DNA of 59,163 nt from Minisyncoccota bacterium (GTDB taxonomy: Bacteria; Patescibacteriota; Minisyncoccia; Phycocordibacterales; DATDWN01): contig DATDWN010000001.1 in NCBI GenBank assembly GCA_036517395.1, positions 1 to 59,163 of the forward strand, given 5' to 3'. Under the pieces are notes generated by a model that saw only the letters and a program-made list of their open reading frames with translations, ran no database searches and was not told the DNA's origin. A program made the translations under genes and the position numbers. Shown one piece after another: positions 15,315 to 22,447 of this stretch (the stretch's first letter is position 1; every line of letters starts with the position of its first letter).

Positions 15315-16901
15315 ATGGCTGTATCTAAAATATACTCTGCACAAGCTACCCTACTCAACGCTCAAATCATAGATATACAAGTTGACTTGTCGAAGGGACT
15401 GCAGGCTTTTTCTGTTGTCGGACTTGCTGATAAATCTGTCGACGAAAGCAAAGACCGAGTTTCGGCGGCTATAAAAAACTCTGGCTGGAAATCGCCAAAG
15501 AATAAAAATCAAAAAGTAGTGGTCTCTCTTGCTCCGGCCGATGTTAAGAAGGAAGGACCTCTGTTTGACCTGCCCATCGCTATCGGATATTTACTTGCCC
15601 AAGAAGAAATAAAAGCCGACGTAGAAAAAAGATTATTCATCGGCGAACTTTCTCTCGATGGAAAAATCCGACCTATAAAAGGAGCACTTCCTATAACCCA
15701 GAGAGCTAAGAAAGAGGGTTTCAAAGAAATATTTCTGCCAATCGAAAATGCTGAGGAGGCGGGAAATATTGCTGGGATAAAAATTTATGGTGCAGAGTCT
15801 CTTTTGGATGTGGTTAGACATATAAATACTAAAAAAATGGACTTGGAAAAATGTATGGATGAAGGAAAAGCTTTTGTTCCTCACATAGAGATTCCTGCAT
15901 ATAAATCCAAAAAGAAAAAGGTCAAAGAGTCAGAAATAGAAGTTGATTTTGCCGACATAAAAGGCCAGGAATCGGCCAAAAGAGGCCTAGAAATAGCCGC
16001 ATCTGGTGGACACAATATACTGATGTATGGCCCTCCCGGAACGGGAAAAACCATGTTGGCTCGGGCTTTTTCACACCTTTTGCCACAGCTTTCCTTTGAC
16101 GATAAACTGGAGGTGACTTCTATTTATTCCATAGGTGGGGTCCTCTCGGGTGGACTTGTGGAAGAAGCGCCTTTTCGATCGCCACATCACACCGCTTCAT
16201 ATGTGTCCCTCGTCGGTGGTGGAGCAAATCTAAAACCTGGGGAGGTGACACTGGCTCACAAAGGCGTACTTTTTATGGACGAGTTTCCGGAGTTTGATAA
16301 AAAAGTTTTGGAAAGTCTGAGACAGCCTCTGGAAGACCGCTATGTTACTGTCTCACGAGCAAAGGGCTCTGTTCGATATCCTGCGGATTTCATTCTTGTT
16401 GCCACTATGAACCCATGTCCGTGCGGAAACTACGGAGTGAAGGGTAAAGACTGCACATGTTCTGCACAAAATATAGAAAAATATAAAAGAAAACTGTCAG
16501 GGCCGATTGTCGACCGCATTGATCTTTGGGTGGAAGTGTCGAAAGTGGAACACCAGAAACTGACGGACGCGCGAGAACTGCACGAGGGAACGAAAGCTAT
16601 GAAACCGAGAGTAGAGAAGGCGCGAAAAATACAGGAAGAAAGATACAAGAAAGCCAAACTGAAAATAAAAACCAATGGCGAGTTGACTTCGAGAGATTTA
16701 GTTAAACATATTTTGCTTTCGGATAAAGTTAAAGAGACTTTGAACAACTCCGCAAAAGCATTTGACCTCTCGGCCCGCTCGTATCATCGAATAATAAAAC
16801 TAGCGCGGACTATTGCGGATATGGAGGGAAGCAAAGACGTTGCAGAAAACCATATTTTAGAAGCGCTTCAATATAGACCAAAGAAGTACCAAAATTTTTA
16901 A
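15315..16901 (+). CDS. comM: YifB/ComM family Mg-chelatase-like ATPase
   Basis: Lon-protease-like N-domain, Walker A GPPGTGKTM, CPCG zinc motif, C-terminal SARSYHRIIKLARTIADMEG. Start could also be 15264. Confidence 0.85.
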   Translation: MAVSKIYSAQATLLNAQIIDIQVDLSKGLQAFSVVGLADKSVDESKDRVSAAIKNSGWKSPKNKNQKVVVSLAPADVKKEGPLFDLPIAIGYLLAQEEIKADVEKRLFIGELSLDGKIRPIKGALPITQRAKKEGFKEIFLPIENAEEAGNIAGIKIYGAESLLDVVRHINTKKMDLEKCMDEGKAFVPHIEIPAYKSKKKKVKESEIEVDFADIKGQESAKRGLEIAASGGHNILMYGPPGTGKTMLARAFSHLLPQLSFDDKLEVTSIYSIGGVLSGGLVEEAPFRSPHHTASYVSLVGGGANLKPGEVTLAHKGVLFMDEFPEFDKKVLESLRQPLEDRYVTVSRAKGSVRYPADFILVATMNPCPCGNYGVKGKDCTCSAQNIEKYKRKLSGPIVDRIDLWVEVSKVEHQKLTDARELHEGTKAMKPRVEKARKIQEERYKKAKLKIKTNGELTSRDLVKHILLSDKVKETLNNSAKAFDLSARSYHRIIKLARTIADMEGSKDVAENHILEALQYRPKKYQNF

Positions 16902-16927
16902 CCTGTGGATACCCTCATTGACTCTAT

Positions 16928-17209
16928 TTGTACAAAGTGTACAATATGGTTATGAATATAAAAACAATGTCGTCGACCAAAGCTAGGGCAAATATAAGCG
17001 AGATTATTGAACGGGTTAAGACCCGTGGGGAAGTTTTTGTTTTCGGCAGAAGAAACAACCCTGAGGCAGTACTAGTCAAGTTCCCAGATGTTTATAATTC
17101 AAGATTTTCAGATATTACAAATGTAAATGCTTATTCTGGTAGTTTTGATTTTCTAAAAAAAGAACCAGACCTATATAGTATAAAAGATTTAAAGAAAAAA
17201 TATGCATAG
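16928..17209 (+). CDS. Type II antitoxin, Phd/YefM family
   Basis: SSTKARANISEIIERVKTRGEVFVFGRRNNPEAVLV. Overlaps the toxin start by 8 nt. Confidence 0.75.
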   Translation: MYKVYNMVMNIKTMSSTKARANISEIIERVKTRGEVFVFGRRNNPEAVLVKFPDVYNSRFSDITNVNAYSGSFDFLKKEPDLYSIKDLKKKYA

Positions 17210-17537
17210 CGGTGTATTTAGTTTGGGGAAAATAATTCTGATACCTTTTCCGTTTACAGACTTGTCCGGAGTAAAAGTTCGTCCTGCCGTAATAATCTCA
17301 AATAAATCAATAGGAGATGATATCTTAGTAGCTTTTATTTCAACTAACACCAAGAAAAAAAGCCATTTTGAAATTGTAGTGAAAATGAACAATCAAAATG
17401 GGTTAAAATCCGACTCTACTGTTGTGGTTTCAAAGATTGCTACGCTAGAAAAGAAAACTGTTTTAGGTGAGATTGGAAAATTATCAAAAAGTGAAATCTT
17501 ACAAGTAAAGAAAAAACTCAAAGATTTGTTTTTCTGA
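17202..17537 (+). CDS. Type II toxin, MazF/PemK-like
   Basis: GKIILIPFPFTDLSGVKVRPAVIIS pattern. Confidence 0.75.
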   Translation: MHSGVFSLGKIILIPFPFTDLSGVKVRPAVIISNKSIGDDILVAFISTNTKKKSHFEIVVKMNNQNGLKSDSTVVVSKIATLEKKTVLGEIGKLSKSEILQVKKKLKDLFF

Positions 17538-17576
17538 AATAATTTTAGACCTTTAGTGTTATGATATAATACAGCC

Positions 17577-18338
17577 ATGATTGATAAATATCTAGAAGAT
17601 GCGGGGCTTTCGGATAAAGAAGTGGCCGTATATTTGCACCTAGTCCAGGTGGAACAGGCCTCTGTAGTCGAACTGGCTCAAAAAACCAAAATAAAAAGGC
17701 CGACTGTTTACACCATACTCGACTCACTTTCAAAAAAGGGTTTAGTTAGCGAAATAGAGTATGACAAAAAAACTAAATATCTAGCTGAACCACCAGAAAG
17801 GTTAAAAACATTTATTGAGAGAAAAGAAATGTCTCTAAACGAACTAAAGGATCGTTTCGTTAAAGATGTGATACCACAAATAAAAAGCCTACAGAGAGAG
17901 AGCGGAGAGAAACCAATAGTAAGATATTTCTCTGGCAAAGAGGGAATAGTTAGTTTGCAAAACAATATATACTCCGGATCCCCAGATGGTTCTCCAATTT
18001 ATATACTTTATCCAAAGGATCTTTTAGATGAATCATTCAAGGATGAAGAAACAGATAAGTACAAAAAAACAAGAACAGGTATAGGAATAAAAGCGAAAGT
18101 CCTCTATAACTGGACAAAGGGGGAGAAGCCATCAGACGAATTGGCTGAAAGAAAGAAGGTTGACGAAAAAAAATATCCATTCTTCGCCGATATAACAGTA
18201 TATAAAGACAAAGTCAGAATTAGTATTTTAGGTAAAAAATTATCTGGAATATATATTGAGAGTAAGGACTTTGCTGAAACGTTGAAAAGTCTTTTCAATC
18301 TAGCCTTTGATAATCTAAAAAATAATTCGGATAAATAA
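17577..18338 (+). CDS. TrmB-like transcriptional regulator
   Basis: LSDKEVAVYLHLVQVEQASVVELAQKTKIKRPTVYTILDSLSKKGLV winged HTH. Paralog of 7174..7959. Confidence 0.75.
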   Translation: MIDKYLEDAGLSDKEVAVYLHLVQVEQASVVELAQKTKIKRPTVYTILDSLSKKGLVSEIEYDKKTKYLAEPPERLKTFIERKEMSLNELKDRFVKDVIPQIKSLQRESGEKPIVRYFSGKEGIVSLQNNIYSGSPDGSPIYILYPKDLLDESFKDEETDKYKKTRTGIGIKAKVLYNWTKGEKPSDELAERKKVDEKKYPFFADITVYKDKVRISILGKKLSGIYIESKDFAETLKSLFNLAFDNLKNNSDK

Positions 18339-18344
18339 GTCGAG

Positions 18345-18626
18345 GCCCGACCGAGTGAGGAGAAGCGATTCCCCATCCCTCGGCCGAGCCCCTGTGTTGC
18401 GATTCACTTCCCACCCCTTCGGAAGGGAGTGAACCTACTAGTCGAGCATCTTGCTCTCTTTCTTCTGGCCCCCTCCTACGTGGGGCCAATGAGACGAAAC
18501 TACGACTCTATAGTGAACACATGACTTGTTTTGGTGGAACTTCTGTCCCGCCCCGATCTGCGCTCTCAAAGGCAGCAGTATTATCGGGGCGGTCAGGCCA
18601 CCTTAGTCATGCATGGACACCTCCTG
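18345..18626 (-). ncRNA. Unclassified GC-rich RNA convergent with the TrmB-like gene (tentative)
   Basis: Minus-strand promoter TTGACA (18660..18655), 16 nt, TATACT (18638..18633). Hairpins CCGCCCCGAT...ATCGGGGCGG and GGCCCC...GGGGCC. Only 3-5 codon ORFs follow the AGGAGG. No clear terminator. Confidence 0.35.
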
Positions 18627-18806
18627 CCGACCAGTATATACCCCTCGTTTTATTTGTCAAGTTTAAATATTAAATGTTTATAAAACTGTTTAAAGAAGTG
18701 TCAAATTTAGTATAAATCAGTCAGTCTCGATTATCAATCATAATGTATAAAATGGCTTTATTTAGAGCTATTTTTAGTGTAGTAAGAAAGAAAATGTCAG
18801 AAGTAC

Positions 18807-18835
18807 TTGACAGAAAATACGAATAGGTATATACT
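18807..18835 (+). promoter_or_regulatory. Sigma70-like promoter of the 18.8-21.0 kb hammerhead unit
   Basis: TTGACA (18807..18812), 17-nt spacer, TATACT (18830..18835). Confidence 0.6.
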
Positions 18836-19273
18836 ATCTCCAGAATCAAAACATTGAAAGTCAGGACGGTTTGACAGATGTCTCAGCTTTTGCTTCCACT
18901 TAGGCGCCTGGATCGCACAAATTAGTTGCGAGAGGCCCTAGGCGGGAGCAAAAGCTTCCAACAAGACTATGTCACAGGTACAAATCCTGATTGGCGCTGG
19001 GATTGCTGTCCACTCGTTTGTGGATGGCGCCCGAGTGTCGCGGCCGAAGCTTCGGGAAACCGAAGTGGACGCCCTCGCCCATGCCCTGTGGCTTGAAAAC
19101 CACGGTCAGCAGAAGCGAGCTCTGAAGTATCTGGAAGAATATCTCCAGAGAAACAGAGGCAATACTTGCCACTTAGGTGGCGGCCGGGGTGTTATCGCAG
19201 TCCTGGGAACAGAAAATGCGTACGCGGTTGGTTAACCGAGAAACAAAAATAACCCAGTTGGCTTGCCAACTGT

Positions 19274-19326
19274 ATCTGTCGTCCGATGTGTGTCGGGCTT
19301 GATGAGTTCAAAAGAACGAAACAGAT
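19274..19326 (+). ncRNA. Hammerhead ribozyme motif, type III, variant core
   Basis: ATCTGT-C | GTCCGA-TGTGTG-TCGGGC | TTGATGA | GTTC-AAAA-GAAC | GAAA-CAGAT. Same architecture as the other two copies, but position C3 reads U (or CUUGAUGA with an extra U). Confidence 0.55.
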
Positions 19327-20072
19327 GTTCCTTAAAATTTTGAAAAATAACTTCGTGGCCATGTTACTGAATCTCAACTTTTTAGATTCAGTAACATGGC
19401 CATGGAGAGCCAGATAGTCCAGCGATGGACGATTCGTCTCGGACAGCACGACCGAGGCGGGGTTGTATCGAAAGATATAATCCAAATCTCCACATATGTG
19501 GTTAAGAGGAGGGTCTACCAAACCCGAGGCCTCTCAGCCACATATGTTCGTAGCGTTTGGCGATGCTACGAAAGTTAGAAGACGAAACAGGCCCGAGGAA
19601 GTGACTGTCCGAAGGGTTTCTGATGAAAGTCAGAAGTGTGCCAACACCTGTTAGTTGGAAAGTCAGTGGCTAGGCTTAGGGACCGCAAGTCTCTTTGCTA
19701 AAGCCTCCCCCATTACTGACACAGTGCGGTCGCAAATTTGCAAAAATTTGCGAAGGCAAAGTTGGGGGGAAACCAAGAGCGTAGAGCCAGACCTCATCGT
19801 ACAGAGGGAGAGTGGATTAAGCCCCACTCATGCGTGAAACCCCGGCCAGGGTGAATCGCAATAAGCTCTTGGTGGATATGGTGGGCAACCGGCCGTCCCA
19901 AAAGGACACAGGTTGTGGTTAAAAGAGTAGAACCGATCGCAAATCGGTGGTTGGAGCTCGGGGTCACCTGGGCGCAATCTACTCTGGAGGCAAAATTGAC
20001 CTTGTTTGCTTCCACCTTGTTCTTTCTTCAGGCAATAAATAAATTTGTCTGAACGTCGCCAGAACGCATCTG

Positions 20073-20127
20073 GTACTGTCGTCTGATGTGTATCAGACCT
20101 GATGAGTTCGAAAGAACGAAACAGTAC
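20073..20127 (+). ncRNA. Hammerhead ribozyme motif, type III, canonical core
   Basis: GTACTGT-C | GTCTGAT-GTGT-ATCAGAC | CTGATGA | GTTC-GAAA-GAAC | GAAA-CAGTAC. 7-bp stem III, GUC triplet (cleavage after C20080), GNRA-capped stem II. Confidence 0.8.
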
Positions 20128-20220
20128 AAGGTTTGTGTTTATTAGGGATTTCCTTAAAAGTAAATTATTTTGATAGTTTTCTTTTAAGGGAAATTCTTCC
20201 CTAGTTCTTTGAGGACACAC

Positions 20221-20619
20221 ATGACCAAAGTGACGATGGTTCTTCTCTTGGCGGCGTCGGCTCTCTTCGGCGGCTGCGACAAGCTCCTCGTGGTGCCCGT
20301 CCGCGCCTACTGCGACCGAGAGGTTTCGTACACTCTCTGGAAGCAGGAGGGAAGGGCCTACCGGCTCCACCTCAACGTCGGCGCGGTGGACGAACGGGTG
20401 TGCATCGGAAATCTCGATGTCTCCCGCGAGATCAACTTGTCGCAAGATGTTTCCTCACCCGAGGAAGCGGACAAGCTCGTCGAGAAGTATCGGCGTCTTT
20501 ACGCCGAGAAACTCGCCGCTCGGCGTCCCACCATGAAGCTGGAGCTTCCCAAGCTCCCAGCCAAGAGGCCTGCGACACCCCAGTCGCAGAACCAGTGTCC
20601 AAAACCCGATCCGAAATGA
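20221..20619 (+). CDS. GC-rich putative lipoprotein
   Basis: SD GAGGA 6 nt upstream of ATG 20221. Signal peptide with lipobox MTKVTMVLLLAASALFGG-C. Lys/Pro-rich C-terminus. 93 nt downstream of the hammerhead. Confidence 0.65.
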   Translation: MTKVTMVLLLAASALFGGCDKLLVVPVRAYCDREVSYTLWKQEGRAYRLHLNVGAVDERVCIGNLDVSREINLSQDVSSPEEADKLVEKYRRLYAEKLAARRPTMKLELPKLPAKRPATPQSQNQCPKPDPK

Positions 20620-21015
20620 TCGGGTTCCCACCAGAGATTTTTTGAAAAAGAAATTTGTGGTGGGAAGGTGCGAACCTAGGAAAACCCAAGTAAGCGTCAT
20701 CGTAGAGCAACGACCTGTGCCCATGTGGCCGGATAGCCTACACACGCCGAAAGGTTAGTACTTTGTTGGAGCTCAAAGAGCAGATGCTCGCCTTCCCTTC
20801 AAATTCGTTGTCCAGGCCGGTGCAGCGGTCCGAGGACTCGAGAGGTGAAATTTGCCACCTTAGTAAGTGATGCCTCCCACTACTCCAAAAAAGTAGAAGG
20901 TGGATGGTCAGTAGAGATACTGACAATCGGGTTTAATGCGAGTGGCTTAAATCGTTTTCCAAGGAGGTGGCCACGCTCGCTAAAATAAAACCTGAACTGC
21001 ACATGTTCCTTCCCG

Positions 21016-21040
21016 AGCGCATCGACCCGATGCGCTTTTC
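21016..21040 (+). terminator. Intrinsic terminator closing the hammerhead unit
   Basis: AGCGCATC-GACCC-GATGCGCT followed by TTTT. Confidence 0.6.
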
Positions 21041-21052
21041 GTTACATAAAAA

Positions 21053-22111
21053 CTAAAATGGGTTTTTGGCGCTACGAATTTCGAAGTGTAAATGAACGCC
21101 TGTCGCTCCTTTTACAGAACCGCTGTTTCCCATTTTGCCTATGACTTGTCCCTGTCTGACGCTGTCACCTGCGGAGACCATTGTTGCACTCAAATGTCCA
21201 TATAAGGTTTGAGTACCATTGCTGTGTTTTATAACAATATAAGAACCATAACCTCCATTCCAGCCAGAGTTACGAGATATGATGACTTCACCAGAAGCTG
21301 AAGCTAAAATATTTGCCCCGTAATATGAAGCCAAGTCGACGCCATTGTGACCGTGGATGCCCTGAGTCTTTATTCCGCCGATAATTGGTCGCATGTAGTA
21401 ACCACTATAAATAGGGTACGAGGAGGATTTACTTCCTCCGCCAGAAACTACTCCAGAAACTACTCCGACTTCACCATCTGGGATAACCACAACATCCCCG
21501 ACAGCCAGTTTCGCACCAAGAGTTAAGTTGTTATATTGCAAGATTTCGTCCAAGTCGCCTTTGTAGATCTTGGCTATGCTTTGTAGTGTGTCGCCTGACT
21601 TGACCGTATGTTGGACACCGGAAATAGGCAGGATGACCAGAGTTTGGCCCACGGTTATGGTACTTCCTTTTATATCATTGCCCCAGCGTATAGTATTGAC
21701 CGAAACGCCAAACATTTTGGCGATGGCAGGTAGGGTGTCGCCTGAGTGAACAACATAGAGACTAATCTGATCTTGGTCTATGGTTTTGACATCACCTTGG
21801 ACTTGGGCGTCCGGCAAAAGAGAAGTTCCTCCAACTATAGTAGCGCTGTCTTTTGTACTCGAAGCACTCTGATCTGGAGAGATAGTCGCTTGAAGCAAAG
21901 CCATGTTTTGAGAGTTTGGTTGTATCTCTTCGGTCTCGGCGCTAACTGACGAAAAAAGGCTAGATATAAAAGAAAAAACGCTCGCATTAGCGTGAAGTGG
22001 CAATAAAAGCGTCGAGAGGAGAGTGAAAGCTAAAACCAAAGACGCCCATATGTTCACCGTATTTTCGCCTGATCCCGCGCTTCGAAAATATCCTAAACAT
22101 TTTCTCAGCAC
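21053..22111 (-). CDS. LysM-domain M23 family peptidoglycan endopeptidase
   Basis: Two LysM repeats (YVVHSGDTLPAIAKMFGVSVNTIRWGN; HTVKSGDTLQSIAKIY). M23 motifs HNGVDLA and GVHLHFEIR. Confidence 0.85.
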   Translation of the reverse strand: MLRKCLGYFRSAGSGENTVNIWASLVLAFTLLSTLLLPLHANASVFSFISSLFSSVSAETEEIQPNSQNMALLQATISPDQSASSTKDSATIVGGTSLLPDAQVQGDVKTIDQDQISLYVVHSGDTLPAIAKMFGVSVNTIRWGNDIKGSTITVGQTLVILPISGVQHTVKSGDTLQSIAKIYKGDLDEILQYNNLTLGAKLAVGDVVVIPDGEVGVVSGVVSGGGSKSSSYPIYSGYYMRPIIGGIKTQGIHGHNGVDLASYYGANILASASGEVIISRNSGWNGGYGSYIVIKHSNGTQTLYGHLSATMVSAGDSVRQGQVIGKMGNSGSVKGATGVHLHFEIRSAKNPF

Positions 22112-22296
22112 GCTTTTAAGACCTAGGTTTAAATGCGGATCTTGTTTTGACCTATCTATAAACTAAAAGTTAAGATGTATTCCGTCTCTCTGTAATATAA
22201 TACGGCTCTGCAAAGCCATATTGTTATGTGATCAGCTCAGTATCCTACCATTATATAGAGTTGGGGGCGGGGGTCAATGGGAGTTGTTCACAGGAT

Positions 22297-22424
22297 AATT
22301 TTCAATTTTCAGTTCTCAATTTTCCTGCCTACCGCAGGCAGACATTGAATTTACAGTGAACCAGTTTTCAAACATTAAAACATTGAGAATTGATTGAAAA
22401 TTGCAAAATTGATAATTGAAAATT
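22297..22424. repeat. Family A palindromic intergenic element (copy 1)
   Basis: AATTTTCAATTTTCAGTTCTCAATTTTC...GAGAATTGATTGAAAATTGCAAAATTGATAATTGAAAATT. Carries the GC hairpin CTGCCT-ACCGC-AGGCAG. Reverse complement of copy 2. Confidence 0.8.
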
Positions 22425-22447
22425 CATTAATGTGTTAATATCACATA

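Noticed and set aside
19828-20445. 205-aa minus-strand ORF, the longest ORF in the GC-rich island
   Set aside because: It is antisense to the SD-supported lipoprotein gene and runs straight through hammerhead HH2. It has no SD and a low-complexity Arg/Pro-rich translation, typical of a GC-rich shadow frame.
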